This document shows positions 40,307-49,529 of a stretch of 64,000 bases of DNA, piece by piece. The stretch's first letter is position 1. Every line of letters begins with the position of its first letter. Under the pieces are notes generated by a model that saw only the letters and a program-made list of their open reading frames with translations, was not told the origin of the DNA and did not search any database. The position numbers were made by a program, and so were the translations under genes. The DNA comes from Acidobacteriota bacterium (GTDB taxonomy: Bacteria; Acidobacteriota; UBA890; WLXD01): contig CBDBHB010000009.1 in NCBI GenBank assembly GCA_965205505.1, positions 2,752,001-2,816,000 on the forward strand, given 5' to 3'.

Positions 40307-41602
40307 ATGGTGCGTCGAATAGCTTTGGGCCTCGTCGCGATATGGCTCCATGCGACTCCAGTGTCCAGCCAGGTTGTCGCGATCAAGGCAGGACAGGTAG
40401 TGAATACCGAGTCCGGCACGACCGCGACAAACCAAATCATTATCGTCGAGTCTGGTGTCGTTAAGGCTGTTGGCCCGGGTCTTCCAATCCCTGACGGTGC
40501 GGAGCTTGTGGATCTCTCCACCTCGACCGTCCTCCCGGGACTATTCGATGCCCATACGCATCTTTGCATGAACGTTCGTCCTGGACGCGACGCGGGCAAT
40601 TACTACTTCACCACTCTGCAGGATTCCGATGCAGCGCGGGCACTCGATGGTGCAATAAACGGCCGGTCGATGCTCAATGCAGGCTTCACCACCGTTCGTG
40701 ACATCGGCAATGAGGGGGCGTACGCGTGCACGGAGTTGCGCCGTGCCATTGAAGCGGGGCGCATTGTTGGCCCCACCATGATCAATGCCGGCCGGATCAT
40801 CGCCCCGTTTGGAGGGCAGTTCAGCCTCCAGCCAGACAGGCCAAATCTCGGTGAGCCCGAGTATTTCTTCGCCGATACGCGGGACGAAATGGTCAAAGCC
40901 ATCCGCGAAAACGTCCATTACGGCGCGATGGTGATCAAGATCGTGGTCGATGATCAGGACTACATTTACTCGCCTGATGACATTAGGTTTATGAAAGAGG
41001 AGGCGGCTCGCGCCGGTCGGCGGTTGGCCGCGCATGCCTGGACAGCCAAGGGCGCTCACAATGCGGCTGAAGCAGGGGTTACCTCGATGGAGCACCTGTG
41101 GGCGATCGAGGATGCTGACCTCGAATTGGCAAAAACGAATGGTGTCACTGCTGTGTTCACCCCGTTCCCGGACGAGGAGTGGACCGCCTGCTGCCAGCAG
41201 CACTATCCGGGATTTGTATTGGAGAGGCCCACGGCTGAGGAAATGGCTGCAGTGCATGCCCAGCAGATCGACCGCATCAGCAGTGCCCTAAGGATCGGAA
41301 TTCCGATGGTCTTCGGCTCCGATGCCGTCACTGAGCTACCCGGGCATACGCGTGGGACTCTGGCCATGAGCCGCATCGACATGTTTACGGAGGCAGGGAT
41401 GACGCCCGTTCATCTACTCCGGTCAATGACGACAGGGGCCGCGGAACTATTGGGCGTGGCCGAAGTGCGCGGAACGATTGCTCCGGGAATGGCGGCAGAC
41501 CTCATCGCGACACCGCGCAATCCCCTTGATGACATCCAGGAACTGAAGCGCGTGTTCTTTGTTATGAAAGACGGCGTGATCGTTCGTCAGGGTCCATCTT
41601 GA
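40307..41602 (+). CDS. Amidohydrolase family protein (Xaa-Pro dipeptidase-like), secreted
   Basis: PGLFDAHTH, GFTTVRDIG, VIK, AAHA, SMEH, FGSDA, G..ADLIA...NPL.DI. Confidence 0.9.
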   Translation: MVRRIALGLVAIWLHATPVSSQVVAIKAGQVVNTESGTTATNQIIIVESGVVKAVGPGLPIPDGAELVDLSTSTVLPGLFDAHTHLCMNVRPGRDAGNYYFTTLQDSDAARALDGAINGRSMLNAGFTTVRDIGNEGAYACTELRRAIEAGRIVGPTMINAGRIIAPFGGQFSLQPDRPNLGEPEYFFADTRDEMVKAIRENVHYGAMVIKIVVDDQDYIYSPDDIRFMKEEAARAGRRLAAHAWTAKGAHNAAEAGVTSMEHLWAIEDADLELAKTNGVTAVFTPFPDEEWTACCQQHYPGFVLERPTAEEMAAVHAQQIDRISSALRIGIPMVFGSDAVTELPGHTRGTLAMSRIDMFTEAGMTPVHLLRSMTTGAAELLGVAEVRGTIAPGMAADLIATPRNPLDDIQELKRVFFVMKDGVIVRQGPS

Positions 41603-41617
41603 ACCACTAGGCTCACC

Positions 41618-41851
41618 CTATCGAATGAGGGTTACGGTCTTGGCGAGCTCGACGATGCGATCCCGCGAACCGGTCAACGCTCTGGCGGTCGCAGGCCAAT
41701 TCGCGCCGACGAGTTCGCCGTTTTGTTTCACGCGCTCGCCAGCGACCCAAACGTCCGTGACGTCCGCAACCCCGGTATTGAAAACGACAGCGGCGACCGC
41801 GTCGGATACGGGATGATGGCTGATGGAGTCCGCAGCGATGAGCATCAAATC
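41618..41851 (-). pseudogene. C-terminal fragment of an amidohydrolase
   Basis: DLMLIAAD...DAVAAVVF....DVTDVWVAGERVKQNG. Confidence 0.6.
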
Positions 41852-42335
41852 CTCGTGGTTCCGTAGGGAGGAGGGTCGACAGACGGGGCTAGACCTCCCG
41901 CGGCTCCACGCCAGCCAGCTCAGCCGCCTCTAGAAGCAACGCTAGCTGCTGCTCCGGTTTGGCTGTCGGTGTCAGGGCCCAGGTTGACCAGTGACAGGTC
42001 GGTGAGTGTACGGATGTTGCAACGGTGCACATGTACCAGCGAGTTCATTATCCCCCTTGCGCTCTAGATTGTCTTGGCAGAATGAGCCGCGCGTTGCTTC
42101 TGCAGACGTTACGATCAGAGGCAGGCAGGAGACCGGGAAGAAGCCCGTCGCAGCGGCCTATCGAGGGAGTCGCCCAGGACCAGGATCAGCGGCTAGCTTT
42201 GCGGGCGGGCATGAGAGAGGGCGTGTGGTTCTAGAGGCACCTTGCATCCCAGGCGTGGCAGTTCCTGACCGGCGCCGCCGGTGTGTTCCCAGCCTCGCGT
42301 GCCGAAACACCCCTGATCGAACTGATGCGCCGCGG

Positions 42336-44219
42336 CTATTCCACCACTGGCAAAATGACAACTGATGGATACTCCGGCGAATGGTGCACGATGTTACGTG
42401 CCGGTATGCCCTCGGTCTCGTCGTAGTTGTTGCCGCCGGTATTCATGTTGCGATCCCAGCGCGGGAAGTTGGAGCTGGACACCTCCAGCCTGATTCGGTG
42501 TCCTTTACCGAAGTAGTTGCTGGTGGCTTCAAGGTCCAGGTGGATTTCATACACCTCGCCTTCTTCCATCCACACCTTGCGCCTCAGATCCTCCCGGTAT
42601 CGCATGCGTATCACGCCTTCCTGCACGTTAAACGCCCGACCATCGGGATAGACGTCGACCAGCTTCGCAGTGAAATCGGTGTCTTTCGCATCGGAGGACA
42701 CATACAGGACGACCTCGAGGAATCCCGTGACTTCGATGCCCTCCTCTAGCGGTGGCGACGAATACACCAGCACGTCATTGCGCATTTCGATCGCCGACTG
42801 ATCGTAGCCGCCCGCGGCAGCCTCCAGACCGGTACAACACGCCTGCCCGCCGCGCCCGAGCACGGGGGTTGCGGGGTCGTAGACGAACTCGTCCGACGCA
42901 TCCCCTGTCGGCATCGACCGCGACAGGGTCCCGTCGCCGAAGCGACTGTTCGCGCGGCCTGCGCTGTCCAGGTACCACTCCTGGTAGGCGGTCCCCTCGA
43001 CCGGCCAGGCATCGGCTCCGCGCCACTCGTTGGCGCCCATCAGGTAGTACTGCACCCGCGGCATCTCGGTGATGCCGTTGTCGACGCCCTTGAGCCAGTA
43101 CTCGAACCACGTCAGGTAGAGGTCGACGAAGTCCATGCGCGCATCGCCGAGATCGGGCTCGCCGACCACCGTGTTCTCTGTTGCCGACGCCCAAGCGCAA
43201 TGCTCGCTCGGCGCCAGAATGACGAACTGATTGTCGCGCGCCCTCTGGCTCAGCGCGTTGGCCCGTATCTGATTGAACAGCTTCAATACGTTGCCCGGCC
43301 CGTAGTCGTACCAGGAGTCGATGTACAGGGCGGGCGTATCGAACGCATCGTCGGGTCGCACCAGGTCGTTCAGGCTGTCGAAGTAGTCCGACTCCGGGGT
43401 GCTCGGCGCGTAGTCCTCGTAATCCGTGTAGGGCATGCCGGCTTTGCGAACGATGTCGGCGACGGGCAGCGTTTCGTAGATCGCCATGATCTCCTGGCGG
43501 CTCAACCCGCCTCGCGGCGCCCTGAAACCCGTGCTAAATAACCCCGACTGCTCCGACTGGAACCACTCCTGCCGGTCCATCCACTCGGGCGGTCCGTGAA
43601 AGACCTTGCTGCCGGCGTCGAGAAACCAGCCCGCGGTCTCCGCTAGCTCCATCGCGCCCCCGTTGAACGAGGCGAACGGGCGCCCGCCGCTGTCGTACGA
43701 GGCGGTGCTGGCCTGCGGAATCATGGCGACGTGATTCGGGTGCTGTGCCGCGGCGAGCACAAGTTGCACGTCGCCCGAGTAGGAACAGCCGAACGTCCCG
43801 ACCTTTCCGGCGGACCACGGTTGATCGATCAGCCAATCGATCGTGTCGTAGCCGTCCTCCCTGTCCGCGTTCTTGGACTGATAACGGCCCTCCGACTCGT
43901 ACCGCCCGCGCGTGTCCTGGACGGCGACGACGTAGCCCTGCTGCACCAGCAAGGAAAGCATGCCCTCGGTGCGGTACCAGTTCTTGCCGTACGGTGTCCG
44001 GATCATGATGACCGGCACCTTGTCCTCGACTCCCGCCGGGAAATAGAGATCCGTCGACAGCCGTATGCCGTCGCGCATGGGTACGAAGACGCTGTTCTCC
44101 TTGCGGATCTCCGTCGTGATCTCCGGCCGGGGTGGAGACTGCGCCGAGGCAACCAGCGGGATGATGAGAATCACGCCGAGCAGTATTGCTGTAACGGACT
44201 TGTGCCCGTTCTTGTTCAT
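42336..44219 (-). CDS. CocE/NonD family serine hydrolase (S15), secreted
   Basis: VPMRDGIRLSTDLYFP, RTPYGK, DTRGRYESEG, GCSYSG, SWYD, YDPATP, RNDVLVY, DTDFTAKLVDV, SSNFPRWDRN. Confidence 0.93.
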   Translation of the reverse strand: MNKNGHKSVTAILLGVILIIPLVASAQSPPRPEITTEIRKENSVFVPMRDGIRLSTDLYFPAGVEDKVPVIMIRTPYGKNWYRTEGMLSLLVQQGYVVAVQDTRGRYESEGRYQSKNADREDGYDTIDWLIDQPWSAGKVGTFGCSYSGDVQLVLAAAQHPNHVAMIPQASTASYDSGGRPFASFNGGAMELAETAGWFLDAGSKVFHGPPEWMDRQEWFQSEQSGLFSTGFRAPRGGLSRQEIMAIYETLPVADIVRKAGMPYTDYEDYAPSTPESDYFDSLNDLVRPDDAFDTPALYIDSWYDYGPGNVLKLFNQIRANALSQRARDNQFVILAPSEHCAWASATENTVVGEPDLGDARMDFVDLYLTWFEYWLKGVDNGITEMPRVQYYLMGANEWRGADAWPVEGTAYQEWYLDSAGRANSRFGDGTLSRSMPTGDASDEFVYDPATPVLGRGGQACCTGLEAAAGGYDQSAIEMRNDVLVYSSPPLEEGIEVTGFLEVVLYVSSDAKDTDFTAKLVDVYPDGRAFNVQEGVIRMRYREDLRRKVWMEEGEVYEIHLDLEATSNYFGKGHRIRLEVSSSNFPRWDRNMNTGGNNYDETEGIPARNIVHHSPEYPSVVILPVVE

Positions 44220-44319
44220 CGTCCGGCCCCGGGGCATGAATCGCTGCGCCACCGCGGAGTGTACAGGTCTCCAGCAGGGAAGCGGCGGTCGCGGCGGACA
44301 GCGCGGCTCGACCGACTCC

Positions 44320-44650
44320 CTACTGTTGCGCCCGCATTGCCACAGCCTCGTCGTACAGGGCACACGCCTGCGCGCGCAAGCCGGCGCCGGCCCGCACCTG
44401 GTCGCCGAGCTCGATGTAGGCATCGGACTCCGGGTCCCATTCCGGCCACGTCTTCGAACCGTCACCGTCGGGTCACCGGTGGCGGCAAAACGTGTCCAGT
44501 ACCCGCCAACCGCCACCGCCAGCGCGGCGTCGGTCGTGTCCCATGGCATCCAGCCTGTCAGGAGTGTTGAACACGTGCGGGATCTCGGCGCCGTGGACGT
44601 CGCCCAGAGCTCCGCCGGGCTGCACGCGCCTGAAGTAATACAGCCAGGCC
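44320..44650 (-). pseudogene. Type-B carboxylesterase C-terminal fragment with two frameshifts
   Basis: AWLYYFRR...HGAEIPHVFN / YWTRFAATGDP / WPEWD...YIELGDQVRAGAGLR spread over three frames. Confidence 0.75.
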
Positions 44651-44706
44651 TTCCGTCGGCACGAGCCGCTTCAGCTCGTCGAACCAGTTGAGGACGACGT
44701 TTACCG
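44651..44706 (-). pseudogene. Kinase C-terminal scrap (VNVVLNWFDELKRLVPT)
   Basis: Translation; repeat of 40108-40148. Confidence 0.75.
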
Positions 44707-44837
44707 GTTCCTTCCTGAGCCGCACGATTGCCCTGCAGGAGTGGTTCCACGAGCAGAATGCCGGCTGCCAATGCAGCTGGTAGACGAGCCCTGCTCGACG
44801 CGCAGCCACGTCCTCACGCGTCGGTGCGGCGGGTGAT

Positions 44838-45419
44838 CTAGCGCAGCCAGCCTGGCGGGATGGCGCGGCGGCGAGCCTCACGACGCAGTCGCCGCTCCTC
44901 GTCGTCGAGCTCCTCGAGCCGGTCCTCGACACGCTGGATGCGCTCGTTGATGCCGGTGAGGTTGTAGTGCCCGAACGTCATCGCGCGGCGCATGCGCCGC
45001 AGCCCTCCGTCCAGTGGTCCGTCCAGTAGATCGCGCAACTCGGCGCGTTCGTCGCGGATCGCCATCCGCTTCCCGAACCAGTACTCGCGAGTCTTCTCGG
45101 CCAACGGCGTTTCGGCCACTGTTTCCGTATCCGCGGCCACGTCCTCGCCGGCAGAAGCCACCGGACGAACGGGCATCGGCGGCGACGGCACCGGGCCGAT
45201 CTCGTCGTTGTCCTCGACGCGGTCAACCAACTCCATGGACAGCGCAGCGGTGGCGCCGAACTGAGTGAAGATCACGCGACCGCCCTCGACGCGGGCCTCG
45301 TCCGTATGAATCATGCGGCCGGACTTCAGGTAGATCGTATCGGCCGTGGCCGGTGCGGCGAACAACAACGCCAGCGCGGCCATGGTCGATGCCAATCGAC
45401 AATGCTTGCCATTCAACAT
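44838..45419 (-). CDS. Secreted hypothetical protein with coiled-coil C-terminus
   Basis: GGAGG RBS; signal peptide ending ATA-D; DTIYLKSGR; ends ARRRAIPPGWLR. Confidence 0.7.
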   Translation of the reverse strand: MLNGKHCRLASTMAALALLFAAPATADTIYLKSGRMIHTDEARVEGGRVIFTQFGATAALSMELVDRVEDNDEIGPVPSPPMPVRPVASAGEDVAADTETVAETPLAEKTREYWFGKRMAIRDERAELRDLLDGPLDGGLRRMRRAMTFGHYNLTGINERIQRVEDRLEELDDEERRLRREARRRAIPPGWLR

Positions 45420-45496
45420 CAGGGCCTCCCGCGGTGACGCGGCGGTTCGGCCACCCCACCTCCGATTCAATCGGTTACACCCCGGCGCCGCAAGGG

Positions 45497-45825
45497 CGTC
45501 CAGCGTCGTATCGCGGGCTCGGTACATCTGCCCCATCCCGCCTTCACCGAGTGGGGCGAGGATTTCGTAGTGGCCGAGCGTCTTGCCGACCATCAGGAGC
45601 CTCCGGTCGGCACTAGCCGGTTCAATTCCTCGAAGCAGTTGAGGACCACGTTGAGTCGTGTTCCGGGTGCCGTGCCTGTCCGCTTCCACGAGATGCCGCG
45701 AGCCGTTTCCACGGCGACACGGAGAACATCTTCGTCACCAAGGAGGGCCACGCCAAGGTGCTGGACTTCGGTCTGGCGAGCTGCTCGGTGATCTCGTAGG
45801 GGCCTAGTTTGGTGCCGGGTTCCAT
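45497..45825 (-). pseudogene. Cluster of kinase scraps: start MEPGTKLGPYEITEQL, inverted ENIFVTKEGHAKVLDFGLA (+ strand 45722-45778), end LNVVLNCFEELNRLVPTGGS*, coupled start MVGKTLGHYEILAPLGEGGMGQMYRARDTTL
   Basis: Direct translation of both strands; TGATG stop/start overlap at 45591-45595. Confidence 0.85.
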
Positions 45826-45857
45826 CGCGCTCCCGAGGCACGGGTAGTGAGCGCCTG

Positions 45858-45888
45858 AAGCCTATCGCTGGAGCGTGAGAGGGTCCAC
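45858..45888 (-). promoter_or_regulatory. Sigma70-type promoter of the kinase gene; related copies near 29330-29360, 32615-32650 and 35130-35165
   Basis: Minus strand TGGACC-N17-TAGGCT; the other copies read TGGACC-N17-TAGTCT, GCGACT-N17-TAGGCT and TTGGAT-N17-TACGCT, with all spacers ending GCGA. Confidence 0.55.
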
Positions 45889-46093
45889 GGGAGAGGGCGG
45901 AAGGGGCTAAAGAGCGTCACACTTTGCAAAGCAAAGTAAATGATGAACAATGGTGGGAGACGGACGAATGAACTGCCTCGGCGGCGGATCGTCTGGACGT
46001 GCTACCCAAAGTGCTACCCAAGCTACTGAGGCGGACGTTGTCGAACTTCTTAAACGCTCGTAAAATGTTGATATTAAATGAGTAACAGAACAT

Positions 46094-46176
46094 GCCGGGG
46101 TGGCGGAATTGGCAGACGCGGCGGACTTAAAATCCGCTGGCCTTAGGTCATCTGGGTTCGAGTCCCAGCCCCGGCA
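46094..46176 (+). tRNA. tRNA-Leu(TAA), CCA not encoded
   Basis: GCCGGGG/CCCCGGC acceptor stem, TGGCGGAATTGGCAGACGC D-arm, GCGGA-CTTAAAA-TCCGC anticodon arm, long variable arm, GGTTCGAGTCC T-arm. Confidence 0.96.
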
Positions 46177-46293
46177 CTTGTTTAGAATCAGGTACTTAGA
46201 CAGCAGCAGTGGCAAGTGGCACCAGACCTGGATCGACGTGAACGGGGTGCCGTCCTACCTAAACGGCGGCTTCGAAGGCGGGCTCGCCGGCTG

Positions 46294-48968
46294 CTATGAA
46301 GGCGTACCACCGCGTAACGACAATGCCGGGTCATGACGGGTGGCGCGCCTCGCCGGCAGCGCTGCTGCTGCCGTTCCCATCACGACCACCACGATCGCCG
46401 CCGGCACGTACATCCGCAGGTCGAGTCGCTCGACGCCGAAGAGGCCGGCGTTGACGAGCGTGGCGAATCCGAGGGCCAGCGGCACGCCGAGACCGATACC
46501 GAGCGCGGCGAGGCGGAGTCCGGAGCCGAGGATCATGCGGTTGACCTGCTCGGCGCGGGCGCCGACGGCCATACGGATGCTTATCTCGCGGTAGCGGCTG
46601 TGGGTCTCGAGCATCAGGACGCCGTAAATGCCGATGGCTGAGAGCAGCACCGCGGCGCCGGCGATCACGCCGGCGAGCAGTAGAGCGAACCGTTGCGGGC
46701 CCACGGCGCGGTCGTAGTCGTCGCTGAAGGAGTGCAGTCCGGCGACCGCCAGATCTGCATTGACGCCGGCGACAGCATCGCGGATCGAATCGGTCAAGCT
46801 TGCCACCTGCCGGCCGCGCACCATGTAGCCGATTTCCCATCGCGGTGCCTGGGCCCAGGGCAAGTAGACCTGGCCGGTGGACGGCTCATCGATCGATCGA
46901 TCTCGCAGCGGCTCGGTGACCCCGACGATGCGTGCCGGGACGTTCTCGAAGTGATCGTCGCGCCAATGACTGACGATCACCCGACGTCCGAGGGCCTCGT
47001 CGTGGCCGAACAGGCGCTCGGCGAGCACGGTGTCGAGCACCGCGCGACCCGCTCACCTTCGGCGTCGGCGGCTGCGTCGAACTCGCGTCCCGAGATCAGC
47101 CGGGTGCCGAGCGTGTTGAAGTAGCCGGGCGTCACCATACGATGATCGACGATGCCCTGCTGGCTCGGATCGTCGGGACTTTCGACCAGCACCACACGGT
47201 TGGCCCAGTTGACCCAGCTGCCGAGCGGCATGTGTGATCCGGCGCCCACCGACTCCACGCCGGGAAGATCGAGAATCTCCTGCCGCACCTCGCGGACCAC
47301 GCGATCGCGCGTGGCTCCCTCGGCGAAGCCCTCCGATGACAGGCTGATCTTGAACGTCAGACGTTCCGGTACCTGGAAGCCGGGCTCCACCTGTTGCAGG
47401 TTGGCCACGGTGGCCGCCATTAGCGAGGTCCCTACCAGCAGAGCGAAGGTGGCGGCGATCTGTGCCACGCTTGCCACCCTCCGCATGCGGATGCCGAGCC
47501 TACCGGAACCCTCGCCGGGGCGGCCGAGCAGGAACCGCGACAGGTCCGAGCGCGACAGCAGCAGCACCGGCCCGACCGACAGGAACAGCACCGAGACGAT
47601 CGCGGCGCCGATGGCGAACAGCGCCACGCGGCCATCGGCGCTGACGTCGGCAAGGTGCTCGAGCGACGCCGGCCGTACCGTCCAAAGCAGCGATAGGCCG
47701 GCGGCGCCGAGTGCCATGCCTAGGGCGGAAGCGGCGGCTGCCAATAGCATTCCTTCGCCGATCAGCTGGCGGGCCAGCTGGCGTCGCTCGGCACCGAGGC
47801 ACGAGCGCACGGCGAACGCCGGTAGTCGGGCCACTGCATTGGTCACCATCAGGCTCGTGACGTTCGTCAACGTGAGGAACAGCAACAGCAGGGCTCCCGC
47901 CTGCACGCCGATGAGCGCCACGCGCAGGTGGCTCGTCCACTCGGTGTTCAGTTGGCGAACGTCGAACCAGACATCGGAGTCGGCCAGGTCGGGGCGCAGC
48001 TCGCGAAGATCACGGGCCGGCTTCTCAAGCGCAGCTTGCGCCGCGGCCGTGCTCAGCCCCGGCCTCAAGCGACCGACGACACGGAGGTAGTACTGGTCGG
48101 GATTGAGGTATTGCAAGGGAGGGTAGGGGACGAACGCGTCGAGATGCGTGGGGACGCCGTTGCCCGGCGGAAAGCGGAATTGGAATCGTTCTGGCATCAC
48201 CCCGACGATCTGGTGCGGCGTCCCGTTCATCCGCAGCGTCATGCCGAGCACGTTCGGATCGCCGCCGAAGTAGCGCTGCCAGAACGCGTGGCTCAGGAGT
48301 ACGGAGCCTTGCGCATCGGGGGCGGTCGGGTCGGCGGCGTCGTCGTCACGCAGCAGGCGGCCCATCGCCGGTGGCACCCCGAGGGTCGAAAAAAGCGATG
48401 CGGTCGATTGGCCGACCGATACCTGCTCGGGATACTCCCCCCCGGTGATTGTCGAGCTGCTCGCCCATAGTCCGCCGATGCTCTCGAACACGTCGCCGGC
48501 CTCGCCCAGCTTGTCGAGCTGGGCCGGTGACAGTGGAGCCTGTGAAAAGCCGGCGGCGCGCCAGTCGCCCCATACCACCACCAGGCGCTCTGGCTCGGCG
48601 TACTGGAGCGGTCGTAGCAGGACGGCGTTGGCGACGCTGAAGACGGCTGTGTTGACGCCCAGGCCGATCGCCAACACGAGCCCGCACATCGCGGTGAATC
48701 GTGGTTGCCGCACGAGCCCCTGCAGGGCCTGGGCTAGCTCCCAGGCCAGCCGCGCCCGCAAGGCTACTCTGTCTCGCTGCCGCGCCCGGTACGCCTCGGG
48801 GAGCGCCAGGAGGCTGTCGATTACCAGACGTGACGCTACGCGCAGCCGCGCCAGGCCCTGCTCCCGGCCGACCATTTCCGTCGCGGTGTGGAGCCACGGC
48901 TCCCCCAGCTCCTGGCGAAATCTACGGGGGTGAAGCCGCAGCAGACCGAGCAGGATCCATCGCATCAC
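46294..48968 (-). CDS. ADOP-type duplicated ABC permease (MacB/FtsX x2), frameshift near 47043
   Basis: LAIGLGVNTAVFSVANAVLLRPL, IVGVMP, QLIGEG, PGVESVG, VTPGYFNTLG; second ORF IGIYGVL...REISIRMAVGA...PARRATRHDP. Confidence 0.9.
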
Positions 48969-49306
48969 GACCCCGACCTCTCCAGGAGCTTCTTGGCGTG
49001 GGCTGCCCCCACGAGGCGCTCGAAGCTCTGTGCCTCCAGAGTTACCTGTCGCAGCCCCGCCCCGGTGAGGCGGTAGTAGCGGCGTCTGGGATCGGCTCCC
49101 GCTCCCGCGTCCGACTCCTCGATCAAGCCTTCGCTCAGGACGCGTTTGATGGCGTTGTAGAGACTGCCCGGCCCCAGTCGTACCTCGCCGTCAGTAACTG
49201 TTTCGATCTCATCGATGATCTCGAGCCCGTAGCGCTCCGCGTCGACCAAGGCTAGGAGCACGTAGAAAGAGGTACTGGAGAGTGGTTTCGTAGAACGCGC
49301 TGGCAT
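48965..49306 (-). CDS. PadR family transcriptional regulator
   Basis: YVLLAL...YGLEI...GPGSLYNAIKR...GLIEE...RRRYYRLTGAG; coupled to the permease. Confidence 0.93.
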   Translation of the reverse strand: MPARSTKPLSSTSFYVLLALVDAERYGLEIIDEIETVTDGEVRLGPGSLYNAIKRVLSEGLIEESDAGAGADPRRRYYRLTGAGLRQVTLEAQSFERLVGAAHAKKLLERSGS

Positions 49307-49355
49307 TCGAGAGAGCCGCTCCTTGTTTCCGGTGACGAGAAGGATGGAGAATCTA

Positions 49356-49381
49356 ATTCATTTCGATATATCGGAGTGAAT
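49356..49381. promoter_or_regulatory. Candidate PadR operator
   Basis: Imperfect AT-rich palindrome ATTCATTTCGA-TATA-TCGGAGTGAAT, 50 bp upstream of padR. Confidence 0.5.
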
Positions 49382-49529
49382 GATATCACGGACCCAGGCT
49401 GGTAGGCTCTGATGATTCGCCTGGTTCGGGCTGCACACAGGACGCCGCAACCATGCAGTGCTAGTCTCCTCCATCCTCGTGGTGATTCGGCTGGACGTCT
49501 TGATCACGGTGAACCTGAGGTAGGCCACC

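Noticed and set aside
44220-44771. N-terminal extension of the 811-aa CocE ORF as a real domain fusion
   Set aside because: It is chance read-through across frameshifted esterase and kinase scraps; the true signal peptide starts at 44219
45420-45689. Kinase fusion at the N-terminus of ORF 44838..45689
   Set aside because: Only ~32 kinase residues; the downstream gene has its own RBS and signal peptide
29293-46093. Integron cassette array or prophage
   Set aside because: No intI, attC-like sites or phage genes seen; genes lie in both orientations
45907-46336. ORFs 45907..46215 and 46100..46336
   Set aside because: They overlap the tRNA-Leu gene
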